From Phallusia mammillata (Eukaryota): 64,000 bases of DNA. A model generated the notes under the pieces. The model had not been told where the DNA came from. It did not search any database and saw only the letters and a list, made by a program, of their open reading frames with translations. The first letter of the stretch is position 1, and each line of letters begins with the position of its first letter. The stretch is taken from NCBI GenBank assembly GCA_965637545.1, contig OZ281498.1, positions 11,656,001 through 11,720,000 of the forward strand, in the 5' to 3' direction. The translations under genes and the position numbers were made by a program. Shown here piece by piece: positions 1-13,780 of the stretch.

Positions 1-1560
1 ATGGAGGACTAGAAATGTTGGTGCCAAAAGCTTTGCTGCTCTTTTGAATCTCTGTGTATAACCTAGCATGGTCTATTTCGCAATGGCCAGTTCTGCACAT
101 GTACAACAATAGGTGGTTACCTACACTCCTACAGAGTTGTATGCACTTTAGTAAATCAAATTTTGCCAGCGAAAACGATACTAACTATAGAAACCATACA
201 CGAAAGTTTTACCTTGAATTAGTTCATGCCTGTTAATATTCACTTTGTCAAAACCGTACTAGACAGTCTAAAGCCCACATACTAGATTACTTTTGCTTCA
301 AGCACCGAAATAAAAGTTTAATCTCAACAAAAACCCACAGATGTTTTGCATTCGCCGCACTTGTTGCGTAAACCTTGTTATCGTTTCAATGCTGAACATT
401 TCAAACCCACAATTTGGTTGCCAAGGATACCAGGCGTGTCATCAGCAGCAATTACGTGCTGAGCATGGTGATTAGTGGCAGTGGAGGTGTGTCTTAGTGC
501 GATGTGCAACGCTCGCGGCTTGCCATTTCGAATTTTCTCGTTCTCGAAAATGTGCTTTAGCAATTATTTGACCGCGCGACCATTGTGTGTTTGGTGAATT
601 GTGTAAAAAGGCGTTTAAGCGCGTTGAATGCATTGACAGCATAATTAGGGTTTCCATACAGCGGTAAACCAAACATGCTTTTTGCAGCCGTTGGCGGAAA
701 TGTTTCCAGGAAGCCGTTTCGTTTTTAAGCTAAATGTTGTATGTGTGTAATATTTTAAACCTAATTGTTTTTTGGTCGTGGAAAGGGGAATTTAGGGATT
801 AAACACGCTTATGAGTTGGTCAATTTTTTGGTTACTTTTAAATTTTTTTACCTGTACCCCTTTGGTGAAACGATTTGAAACCGCACACAAGTGTTTCCCA
901 AAACAAATCCGCATCCTGTCGACAAAGCTAATTTGAATCAGTAACAAATAACTAAAACTTAGTCGCAAAGCAGCGTTTGTTATTTACCCGAGCCGCAATC
1001 TTGAGTTGTGCAAAGCCCATATTTGTAAACACTGCATGTACCGTCCACCGCTCTGCTAAAATCCCCACAACGCGCCACTGCGGGAGTATTTTCCAATGAA
1101 GCGACACAGAGAACCGAGCTTGTTATTACCTGGTCCCCACAGCGCAAACAGGTGTCCTGATGTTGCTGGTGTTTTAGCGACCCTGTCATGCCGTTCCTCT
1201 GTATGTAATTACACGCCTCCGTTGATTTTGGTACAGGTGGCCCCCAATCGCCCATAAACGGTTTGCCTTTGTTTGCTATAGACTTGTCACACATAGAACA
1301 TCGCTATTAGTGGCTACATTTGTTCTAGATTGATTGTTTCTGTATTACCTGGGATGTCATAACATTGCTTACAAAAAAAAATTATGTCACGTTAAAGCGC
1401 CTTTTATTTATCTTGTAGGAACCGTGACGTCTATAGTTACGTCATCGACAACTTTTTGATTCGTGGACGTTCTTACCATGTGTAACATCGTCTTTTGTTA
1501 ATTGTCGCCAGTTTATTGGTAAACACTGTAACTTACACACACTCTACTTTATTGTTGCAG

Positions 1561-4500
1561 AAATTTGGATCACAACCTGGTGAGCAGCGTCAGCATGTGG
1601 CTCTTCGACCTTGAGAAGCTTCACTCCCTGTAAGTGATTTCTGTAATGTTTTTTAATCGTAGAGTAATCACTCAGATTCACCGACCAATCTCGTTGATTG
1701 TTTCCGATGGCTTCGACATCGATTTATGGCTTTTTTGTTAGGATTTATCAAATTCTCTCCGACACTAATCAAAACATAACAATACAGTTTAGCTAAAGTC
1801 GATACCAGTGTTGCTGGTTATTGACGCAGCCAAACGTACACATAAACGGTTTCAAGCAAAATTACTGATTGGATTGGGGTATTTTTCGTATTGATCCAAA
1901 GAACAACAATCGCCTCTTAACGTTTCTAAAAATTCCCAACGCGGCTTAACTCCTCGACGCTTCCGCCTGTGGAAACATAATCATTTCCACGCGCTGTTAT
2001 TAATTCCAAATCGTGACCGGACTTGGAGTGACGCGTCACAGGTGCGCGACATTCCTCTAACTCGGCCTAATACATTTGCTGGGTATGTCTGCTTTACCAG
2101 AGAATCCACCCACCTGCCTGGGTAATGTCCTTCGTGGAAGCGTGACTGGTTTTCTTGCGGCCCTTTGATTTGTGTGGGCCAACTCAAACATTAGCGTCAT
2201 CACAAAATCCGCGAAACTGACTCGAGTTTGCTTAATAATGAGTCTATGTCCTGTCAGGTGCTTGCTCAAATTAAAACTCGGTCGCCCGCGTCTAGTTACT
2301 GCCAATTGGATCAATTTATATCAACGAGATGTGTTTCATGTGGAAATACAATTAGAGCTGCCTAAAAATGATCTTAATCTCGCAAGTGGTAAATTTGATT
2401 GGTGGTAAACGTTTAAAGCACAAAAAGGTCAGGAATATGTGGTAATTAGATTAAAGTTGGGGTATCCTATTTTGCACACGATAATCTCAGTGTGTTTTAT
2501 GCGCATCAATGGCGTTATGATTAAATGAGACACGATTTTGGCATGGACGAATAATATTTCTAAAAAAAACTTTTACATAAAAATATTTACTGCAGAACAG
2601 ACATATAACACGTGCGATTTTTTAATACATAATCAAACAACAAGAAGTACTTAATCAGGAAGGCTTAACGACAGCACGTCAAAAGTCGCTTAAGGCTCCA
2701 GATTCGGTAGACAAGTCGAAGCGAGGATGCCGAGATTTTGTTTACTGTTAACCTCGGCGGAACAGGTGCTACTTCGTGTAGGTTACCTTGCGCCGAGACG
2801 TTTTTTGTTTGCTGCTTGAAGAAAAGAAAAAAAATCAACTGCTCGCTTGACTGGATCCTTTGCATTTGACCTTCCTCATTCAGTCTACAGTGTCTTGTGT
2901 TGTCTCCGCCCACAAAAGCTTCGCTGAGCGTAAAATACGGTTTAAATTTTCGATGGGAAGCTTTATACCTCTGCACACGGAACGAACAAACTGTCGAAAC
3001 CGGGGTGCCATTATAGCGCTTTATGTAACTGTCTATATGCGGGGTTGTTAAAGTTGTCGCGACAGGGACATCCAATCTGAATAAATGCATTTTTGGATCA
3101 CTTTGAAAAAAAAAGCAGTGGAACTTATTGCAAGTTAAGTGTTTTAAGCTTTGTCGTTATGTATGATGTTGTCACGACTTGCTTGAGACATTGACGGCTA
3201 ATTTTGTGTATTTGTTATCATTCAACGCGACTTGTCACCCACCAACGTTCCATACAGCTTTCGTTTGTCGCTCGAAATAACATCGCCTTCTCGCCTCTGT
3301 TATTAGACGTAACTTAATTAATCGACAGCTGCTGTTCGCGTTGTATTGTCTGGCAATCGTGGTGAAAAACTGGCTCATCGTCACTTAATTACGTTTCGCG
3401 GTTCCAGCTCGTCGCTCTTGGTGCCAAATGATGTCGTTTGTTTTCCTTGTGAATCGCTAATGCGTTTACATCCTTTGTTTGTCTATGGTATTTAACGACC
3501 TATTGATGCTAATTCCGTATGTGGTAAGCAGTAAGAATGTCAAAGATTATTTAAACCAAGTATAGAGTAAAATGTATAGATTGCTTAATCAGTTTCCTAC
3601 ATGTAGTCCTGACCATTGTTGTGACTTAACCTCGCACAAGGGGTAATATTGGCTCATATAAAATAACTAAATGCTCTCATTCTGTCCAACTTCCCCTTTT
3701 AACACTCGTTTTCTTAACTCTTATTATGCGATTGCATAACGGACAGGATAGATATTTCCAGTACGCAAATTGCACGTCAGTATTGTCTATACTTAGAAAG
3801 TGCAGTTATCCCTTGCCCGTTTTGGACGATATTGTTAGGTTAGCGCACCCCACACCCTATCACACTAGCATTTAGGGCGGAACGTTATCGGATTGAAGTT
3901 ATCGAGTGGCTTCGGGTGCTCGTGGCCCAGAAATCATCGTGCCCAAATTGTCTGCCTGCACCTGCCTGTGTACATAATTTGCAGGCAAAAAAATAAACCC
4001 TAAGTTGTTTGTGCAGTCTCCACATCTCGCATCACAAACTACATGCAATTTCAAAACCGCCTATTACCAATACATTGTCGCAAATACATATTTTGCCGAG
4101 ACCATTTCCTTGGCCATACCAGGAAGGGAAATTATTGTGGCGCAATAACATGAACAGCGCAAACTTCCATAGTGTAGGTTAGGAGTCCTAACCAGAGTCC
4201 TAGTCCTAACTTAGGACTGACATGTGTACAGTCAAGTTTACGTCATGCTCATTGGAGCCAGATTTTCAGCAGATTTTTTAGAGATATTTGACTTTTTGAT
4301 TCCAGATATTTAATGCGTTAGAAAAACCTAAATAAAAATTTGTAACCCCATTTCCTCTTTTTATGTTGCTTTATTGACTGACAAAAGATATAGGTGGCGG
4401 TGTGTTAGTTCAAACTTTGACATAACTCATCCTAAAAAATCGCGATTTTCTAATACTGGCAACTAGAAGCCACGCTGTGATTGGTCGAAAGGTGATTCTT

Positions 4501-7500
4501 TCACAATCAAACTTTGTTGTATTGAAGACTTGAATGATTTCATCTCCCCGGGGTTATCTTGTGTCAATTCCACCGCAGCCTATAGAGTAGGATCGTTATT
4601 AAAAACGCCCGTGACGCGTCAGTGCGTGTCAACACGGACGGACAGTTTAATTTTCACGCGCTTTGTGCTTGGGGAATATGAGATCTGTTATGACGGAACG
4701 CACATTGCCTTTTCCTTTTATTAACCCTCAGGCGCGTGCTTTTTGTTACCTTTCCACTGGTGCGCAATCAAAAAAGCTTTGTTGGGGCCAAACAGGTGCT
4801 TTATTACCGGGGCGGTTTATCATTGAACGCTTATTAAAAACGCGCGATCACCGTCTGCCAATCAAAGCTGAAGAAGTTGGCCGCCGATCTTATCTGTAGA
4901 GCCTTGTTGATGCAGCGCACTTGCAACTTGTGGAAATCCCTTGTTAAGTTTCGCTGTTTTGACCACGGGCAGGATTTTCGCCCGATGTTCTGTTGTTTTT
5001 GTCCGCTCTGCCAAGTTGTCGCCGCGGCCAGCTGAAAATCGTTTCCTGTCGCGAAACTCAGTGTTGTTACAGGCTTACAGACACCTTCTACGCCTATTGA
5101 TTAACTTACTCCTCAAAAATAACGCTCGAACGGCAGTCAAGAGGCGTCGTATGTTAGCACCAATAGCGTTCCTACGACATGCCATTAGCGCGTCCAAAAA
5201 TCAAGACATCAAATTTCGATAGGGCGTGACGTGGCTACTTACAGTTTTTAGTGCTAAGACTTTCATGCAACAGCTTGTAACGCGAAAAGGCCAACATTGA
5301 AAAAGCCGTGTTTTGTTTCCATTGTAACTTTTGTATATCATATATATCGTGCAACCCGTACCGATCGCCATCATCATGGTTGGTGGATTTTTACCAATGC
5401 GGGCAAAACTCACCCCCCGTAACGCCACTATACAGTTCTGTTTTGCTTTCACACAACAGATTTTGTGGTTGTTACTATTCGATTAAAAGCTCAGCACTCT
5501 AAGAAAAGGCACGGAACACTGCCAAACGGAAATATTCCCTCCGACATGAACTATCACTTGGATTCAGCTTGACGCTAGTTAACAAATTACGCAACCCGAG
5601 CCGGAGTTTAGCCTTGAAATTCCTATCCCGGGCCTTCATCAATCAAATTAGCGTTGTGCTCGGCCTCTCTTGATATTTACGCGAACTTGACATACGAGCC
5701 AGGCGCACCTGTGCTCGCGCTGCATACCTTTTTTCCGTCATCCGTATCTCCATCAAATTGCGATTGCCAGGCGTGATTTGCGCGCCTGCCACGCACCACG
5801 TGCCCCCTCAAAGCAGCCGCGTTTGTCTCGGAGCAGTCGCAATCCTCTAATCCACAATCGGGGTCAAGGATTGCGGTAAAAAGCTTGTCAAACATGCCAT
5901 GCTAATTAAACCCTAACAGCAAAGTTAAACGATATAGTTCGGTGGATAATGTGTTGTGTTTATTGTTTCTGCTTACGCGCCGCAATTGATGCGTAAAGCA
6001 AGAATCACCGCATTATTTATGATCATGAGTGTAATTGCCTGTTTAGTAAAACCCAATCCAGGTTGTTAGGGTAAACATTTGTGATTTATGTTGGACTACA
6101 ACTATCATTTCTATGAATGAGGTGTAACGCCCAAATGTACATGTACCAGAAGCTCAAATTTCACTTCATTAATGCATCAACTTCCAACAATACTTTTTAA
6201 CATACTTCGCCAAATATCATGTATTTCATTACGTTGACAAATCAATGGAAAGCATACAAACAACATAAACATCAAATTGCTTGCATGAAGCTAAAAGAAG
6301 TTTGAAAAGGGTTTTTAAAACTAATTCTTTTTCGCAGGTCGTTACACAATAACAACGTAAGCGAAATTGTCCAGGACAGCTGGAAGTTCAGCAAAGAGAT
6401 CAAACAATTGTAAGTTGGAAAACTATGATATTTTGCAAACAATTTACGAACTTATGTTTGGTATGTGGCCGTAACAATTACCAGTAAAATACGCTTACTG
6501 CTTGCTCCAAACTTAGTGATCATGACTTCAATTGACTTTATACGGCTGCACGCGAGGAATTTGCTAAATATAACTTTTGGTCCAAACAAAGCCACTGGAC
6601 CACTGACATTTGTAAATTCAATGTGCCAACAAAGAAACAATTTTACAAAACAGCGTTCTTTTTAACCAAAGTATTTTAGCACAAAGTCTCAAAAATTAGA
6701 GTGTGGAAATTTTTTTTTTTTTTAATTTTTTTCAAAACCATAAACCAGTGACGAGAGCTTGTACCGTGTTTTTGCTGTTTTTGCATCTATTTTATTAGTG
6801 CTTTGAAACATAAACTTCGCTCATAAAATTTGGTGTGCTGTGCGAAAAGTAAATATTCTAGGAAAACTAAAACATATTCTAGGATTTAAACCCACCGATA
6901 TCAGTTCAACTGGAAAAAGTTGTTTCTGTTCAACAACACTTTTAAGAACGTTTGTGGTATGGAACAAAATATTTATTATCATCTTATTCTTCAGAAACTT
7001 GAGTTCAAACAAGCTCTCCCTGATTTCCAACGGTTTGTTTCGTCAACTTCGCAAGCTGGAAAAACTTGACCTCAGCAACAACGTCATAGAAGTCATGGAA
7101 AATAACGCGTTTGCAGGACTTGAAAAACTCAAAACTTTGTAAGTTTCAGAAAGATTTTGTAGTCCACTGTGTCCCGTTTTGTAGGGAAAACAGTACTGTT
7201 TTGACTTATCCTTTTCTACATTACAAAAGGTCAATTTTACATACAATATACTTCAGTTAAAATGTTACAAAAATAAATCGTATGGTGGCTTCACTCTAAA
7301 AATGAAGCTGTGAAGCTTAATACAGCAGAACTTTATCAAAAATAACGGTTCAAACGCTTTGCACTGCATATGTATTCGCTATCTTTAAGGCGCTTTGTAA
7401 ATTCACGAAGTTTTCTAACAAGTAAATTTGTTTAGAATTTTGGCACGGAACCGCATATCCAGCAGTGTTGAAGACATTGACGGAGCCTTCCACGGACTCT

Positions 7501-10500
7501 CAGCCTTGCAGGTCCTCAATTTAAACGACAACAAAATTCGATCTCTCTCCGCTGATGTTTTACGGGGTGCAGAGAATATCCACACCCTTGATCTACGTAG
7601 GAACAACGTCACTTCCGTACAGAACAACACATTTGTCGACGTCACCAATCTCAGTTCGTTGAAAATGGACAGGTGGGTTTTTGTTCTGACAGAATTTTTT
7701 TTTCTCAAAATGAATGTTTGTTAACGAGTTGTACTATTTGTAGTGCTTCGTTTTTGTGCGACTGTCAGCTGTCTTGGTTCGCTAATTGGCTGCACGAAGA
7801 CGGGAACGGAACATTTAATGGTGAAACAATTTGTTTTCACCCTCCCTCACTCAAGGGTCAAAGTGTTATGAAAGTCAATGCAAGTCTGTTTGAATGCGGT
7901 AAGTCACGTGACACAATTGCGATCATCCCAATCCTTATCACATCTAATCATGCATTTTGATATGTCTTGTTAAAAAATAAAATATAGTAACTTTCCGCAA
8001 ATTGGTTGAACTTCGTTAATGTAATACGGTCTTCTAACTGGCAGGCGAGCATCCGATCCCGGCGTTGGAGAGACAACCCACCGAACAATCGGCACACAAG
8101 GATGAAAACGTGACGTTGGAGTGCAGTGCGATCGCTACACTGACCGGTGGTCACTCGGAGGCTGACATGTCCACTGTTGATATGTCGGTCGTGTGGAGGA
8201 AAGGGTCATCGGATGATGTAAGGACCGTGATATCTGCGTTTAACTGAAAAAAGTTGATATGACTGGCTATGGTTTTGTCCAGCTGCGCTTTTAGTTGTTT
8301 TGTGTGGTAGATTGCTGGGGGTTGGACCTTCTCAGCATTGACTGCAGCGCCCACGTGTGGGTGATTTGCTAAATTATACATGTGGTATCCACTTAAGGGT
8401 CATTACTTACATCACTGTGTGTTTGTCGGCAAAAACGTTATTTCAATAAAGTAAAAAAGGTGTTCAGTTAAAAATGTAAGCGGCTTCGGTTCAAACGGGC
8501 TGTGTAGTTTAAACCAGGGGTCGGCAACCTTTTTTGCACTGCGGACCGTTTTTGAAAGTGAAATTTTATCGCGGACCGGTCTTCAAAAAACTACAAATAT
8601 TTAGCAATAAAAACGTTTAAATTAGTTTATCATCCCCGGAATACATAGGCAAAATGTTTTATAGCATCTACCCTGAAAAATTATACGGACCGGTAACGAA
8701 CTCCTCGCGGACCGGTACCGGGCCGCGGTCCGGCGGTTGCCGACCACTGGTTTAAACAACCTTCAACACAATTAGGATTACAGTTAAATTTTTAAATTAC
8801 TGCCTTTTCCGTCTGTTTTTTTGTTTTTTTAACGTGTTTAGGTAAATATGTTTGTTTCAATTATTTGTTCACTTTTGTTTTCAGCCTACAAGTCCAAATG
8901 AAGTGATAAAATCTTCGAAATCAGTGCGGATCCGCAACCAACAGCGTCGTGAGGGAGGACACATCTTTTTCACAAGTGTTCTGCTTCTGCATAAAGTTGG
9001 ATACGAGGACGAAAGAGTTTACAGGTAAATTTTCCACTGTCTTTTCAAGCAAAAATCCAAGGATTCTTGCCAAATATACATAGGGCAAAAATATTTGGCT
9101 GCGAAGGAAAATGCAATTATTTTTACTATATCAGTGGATTTGAATTCGATTTGTACGTAAATCTGTTGGTTTCCTCAGTCGCTATATTCAATCTAAGTGC
9201 GTCATTCCTTGCCGTAATTAGTGCATCGTCGCTGGCAAGAACCTTAATTACTGTAGTACGACATTTGTACTTCCCGCTCACGTAAATGAAATGGAAAACT
9301 ATAAACATTGTATTTAAGAATATTGAATGACTCGGCGTTTTTGGTAATTGAAACTTGTTTCCCGAAATTCTGAACATGTAACATTTTGAGGTTTTTAACG
9401 AGCTGAGCTTCAACCTTTACTACAGCCATGGCATTATTTAATTGTTCTACATTGCTTTGTATTACCCGCTCGCATGTGCCTGTAATACTTGGTTTTCCAG
9501 TAACCGATCATGACAATCTCACTTTTTCTCGCAGTTGTGTGATAAGCAACGGGTTTGGGCACGCAACTTCGACCCCTGCTCGACTGGAAGTCTACGCGCT
9601 GCCTCACATTACACGAAAACCAGAACACCAAGTGATCAAGGAAGGCTCCGAGGTGATATTCAACTGTCGAGCCGTCGGTCATCCACTCCCCGAAATCGCA
9701 TGGGAAAAGGTAGGTTGAGACTTTCCACTGCTGGTAGGGTTGATTAATCACCTGTATTGTGTCGGTAAGGGGCTGAGATTAGGTGCTCGTTCCCACACTT
9801 GACCTTGTCTGTCCTGGGCCTGACGTGAGGTCAACTACTGGCAAAGTACCAACACCTTTTATGATCCGGGTGCTAAGTGTGAGCCAAGATTGCATGGAAC
9901 TCTGTTCCAATGTGACTTTTATATTTAATACTTCCACAATATTAAACTAAACTGTGTTTTTTTGCAACTTTGGTCAAGCAAAATTAAGTTTGGGGGGTAT
10001 TGTTCTACACAGGTGTTTCTACACCAAAACAATGATTAATTATCTATCATAACTTTCGCCGATGGGAAATAGAACTGTGTGAATACATTTATGTCAGGTT
10101 GCAAAGTTAGACTAGTTATTGCAAAAACTTGCAAAATTTAATGAACTTCTGTAGGATGGTGGCATGGATTTTCCGGCTGCAGTCGAGTATCGGCTCGAGC
10201 ACGACGAGAACGAAGCTCAAGGGTCTGAATACGAAGACGGGGAAGAAGACGATGACATTGACAACAAGGGTGGACTGAGGAACGTTAAATCCTCAAGCAG
10301 CGACGCTCGGGTCTCGGAACTCCTGCATTCCCGAGCGCGGGGCGGAGGTCTCGCCGCAGACGGCGAAAAAGCACGGGAAAAGAAGCGACAAAGTCCCGCA
10401 AACGATGCAAGCCGCGTTCCTTTGCACATCACCAAGGTCAAGCCGAGCGACGCCGGCGAATACACTTGCATCGCCACAAGCGACGTTGGCAAGCGCACGG

Positions 10501-12399
10501 CATCCGCCACCCTCACTGTGCTGTGTAAGTTCACTTCACTGGACGTCAGTTTGTTGGTTTGGCATGTCGCAAAAAACACTACATAAAACACAACGGATGT
10601 TCACCATGCCGATTATCGTTTACTGTTTCTTTATTGGGAGATATCCTAACTTAAAAGTAGCCCTGACAATATAATCGTTAATTTAAACATGTCAGGTAAA
10701 AACCTTATGCAATGTCCATGCACCGTAACAGCATTTGACGCTTTGTCACTATAAACAAATTGACGTTTATACCATTGAACCATTTGTCACATCCGCAATT
10801 GTATTTACTACAGATGCCCCAGTGATCGAACCCATGAAAAAAGAAACTCAGGCCACGTACAACTCACACGTGGTGTTTCAATGCACTGCGCACGGTTATC
10901 CGCAACCTGACATTACATGGTACAAGGATGGTGGAATATTAAACATAACTGAACGTCATTTCTTCGCTGGTGACAACCAACTCCTGGTGATTTCTGGAGC
11001 TGTAGAATCTGACAAGGGCCACTACGAGTGCGCTGTGAGCAACTATCTGGGCACGATGAAAAGTGAGACAGAACTCAAACTGGTCAAACGTAAGTAAAAT
11101 CATATTATGTCTGCATGACAAACGACACAGCGAACGAGTTTTAACCGGACTAAAACTTCTGAGTTCAGTCATTTAACGAAAAAATGCTTGAAATATACAT
11201 AAAGTAAATATATGAAATATATATCAGCTTGTTGGTAAACTTATAACTCAAACGATATATTTTGAATTTCAGGCCTCGACGACGGTTGGGACATTATGGG
11301 CCCCAACGGAATTATTATAATTTCCGTGTTTGCTTGCGTCATTGTTACTTCATTAGTTTGGCTGATCGTCCTTTGTTACACACGGAAAAACCCGGAAGGC
11401 GCTCCCAGCACTCAGACTGGTACGAAATTAATTTTGCAAAATTTCACAAGCATGATTGAATGCTATTTTCAGTTTTTCATGTTATTCATAGATTTGACAG
11501 ACTGTCATCCTGGTGATTCGTCGTCTCACGACTCATTGGATCGACCCAATAGACTTCCTCCCGTCTGCAGCAACCTACCACGTCAAGGTATAACGCAAAA
11601 GCAAATATTTTGTTAGACATGGTCTTTATTGGGCTTGTATAAGATGGTTCGAGTTTTTGGTTACCACAGTGTATAGCACTATCATTTCTTTTCGATGACA
11701 GATATGGGCGGCAGATACATCGATCCTCCTGATATCCTGCCACAGTCTTCCGCCTGTCGGCCCCAGTTCCATCCTTCACTGTACCATAGCAATCCGCGCA
11801 TGCGCGCTGACGACTTCCCCGTCCACTCAGCGGTCAACTGCTACCAGCGACAAAGCAGTTCTCGCACAGACGCATGTGACAGCATCATCTGTGGTCGTGA
11901 CTCACTGCCCCGTCCCCCTCTGCGAGCACTTTCCACATCCCACATGCACAGACTTCAGGTGGAGAGTCACGCGGCAAAACCTCCACCTTTCAGCAGCACG
12001 CAGTGCATTGCTACTCGCAGTTCCCGTGCACAAAGCGAGCCACGTCGACCTCGCCACCCACATCCCAAACGCAGACGGAAACGTCGGCGGCAATACGAGG
12101 CAGGGGAGCAGGCGGAAAATGGCTCAGCGCGGACGTTTTCGTCGTCAAGCGATTCTGATACGGGCGATGAGCGAAATAGTCTAATGGGCGGACGGACTCG
12201 AGGGCTGCCTAACCCTAGTGTCTGGCAAAAGAGGACTCGAGTACCAAGCCGACCAAGGACGCCGTCGGCCGCCGAGACTGAGTCACTACTGCGAGTAAGC
12301 ACTCACGGGCGACACACAAGTTTGCAATCCACTGTTTCTGGCGAGCGACCTCCGGTGATCGAAGCAACCAATCCGTCAAACGCCACTGGTGTCCAATAA
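1561..12399 (+). CDS. LRIG: LRIG-family receptor (LRRs + 3 Ig + TM + long tail); 5' exons lie upstream of the window
   Basis: In-frame GT-AG exons: 1561-1629, 6338-6409, 6995-7138, 7436-7672, 7744-7898, 8045-8217, 8885-9024, 9535-9709, 10155-10524, 10814-11089, 11273-11419, 11492-11587, 11702-12399. Peptides match remembered LRIG landmarks: [103 protein letters not shown]. Confidence 0.93.
8515..8749. mobile_element. Non-autonomous hAT (Buster-type) MITE, family 1 copy 1, in an LRIG intron
   Basis: TIRs CAGGGGTCGGCAACC / GGTTGCCGACCACTG; perfect 8-bp TSD GTTTAAAC at 8507-8514 and 8750-8757. Confidence 0.92.
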
Positions 12400-13780
12400 C
12401 CTTTCGATTTCCACTCTCTTTTCTACTGTGATGAGTTCATTGTCATTGTTTGTTTATGTTCGTGTGCGTGCGTGTGTGAACCGCTACCTCTTGATCGACA
12501 GATCGGTTTTTGGCTCTTTTTTAGGAGTGATCACGTGACGTAATGAAGTCGTATTGGATAGACTGGCTCTAAAATTACAATCCGTTATACATCCAACTTT
12601 GAGTTAAAATTTGCCTTGTAATTTGATACAATACATTGAATATTAATATTCTATTCTGCAATAAAACAATAATTATTTCTGACTCTGGTCGTGACCCCTT
12701 CAAAGGTTCGGCAAACCACAGGTTTTCCCTGCGTTGCACACCAAGCATGATTATGTCGATGTTTTGTAACTTGCGGTGCTCGTTGCCGGTCGCGTCATGT
12801 TTTTCTCGTTTTTGTTTCTCGTCATAACATGAGCGTTATTTTCAGTCAACGTTTTTGTTCTTTTTACACACGAAAATAAATTTCATAAGAAACCAAGCGT
12901 GTCCAGCGTGTTGGGAGAAACCTCCGCATCTAAATTATACCAAGACTCAAGTATTAGGTTTCATCGAATGACGGTTTGAAACAGGATTTGCCACTCTATA
13001 ATTTTACAGTTTGTTGTCATAAAATTACCATGTCTTGTTTAAAATATTGGTTGGAAAGTAGCGTGTCTATAACGTATCTTTTCGCAGCTGTTCCTTGCTT
13101 TTTAACATGCTTGCGGGCTAGAAACGAAGCATACTTCCTGGTAAGTTGTTGGCCAACATAGTCAGCAAATACAACAGCAGCTGGCAGCATTTTATTGTCA
13201 CATAACATAATAAATAGTAAGTTATAAGGAAAAGAAAGCCATTGGAGACACAAAAAATACAGTTCCGAACTTTGCAGAGAAAAAACGAATGAACCCAATG
13301 GAAAGTAATGCGACATGTGCGACATAATGCACGTTAACCAACCAAAAAATATTTTCCCGGACAACGGTACGACGGTACATCACACAATATTTTTTGTGAT
13401 AACAGATCGGCTACAATTTAAACACTTAATACATCTCGCACCGCCATGCTGAAAAAATATTGTTGGCAACTTATTTTAACAAAATACAACTTGGAACAAC
13501 TAACACCAACTAAACAAATAAAAATTGCAACGTTTGCACATCAGACCACAACATTGGCATACTCGACTAAAAAGCATTTAGAAAACCAATATTGAAGAGA
13601 GACGCTCTGCCAATAACCGTGCCTGCAGCGTTTGGCAAAAACTGAACACATAATACTCAAAAGCGCTGAATACACAGTGGAAACACGAGTACAGACAGTA
13701 TAGCAAAACCGATTCCGTTTAAATAGTGCAGAGAGCGAGAAACAAACAAATAGCACAGCTTGAGGTATCTTGGCATTGGG

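Noticed and set aside
2-60. LRR-like peptide RNVGAKSFAALLNL at the window start as an LRIG exon
   Set aside because: No acceptor is visible and the donor and phase are uncertain, so it cannot be supported.
8310-8362. Possible extra LRIG exon in Ig1
   Set aside because: Flanking exons join in phase 0 without it, and its best donor would shift the frame.
11876-12302. Alternative-frame and antisense ORFs over the last LRIG exon (also 10217-10591, 13726-14079, 16846-17148, 36841-37152)
   Set aside because: Shadow ORFs of GC-richer coding exons.
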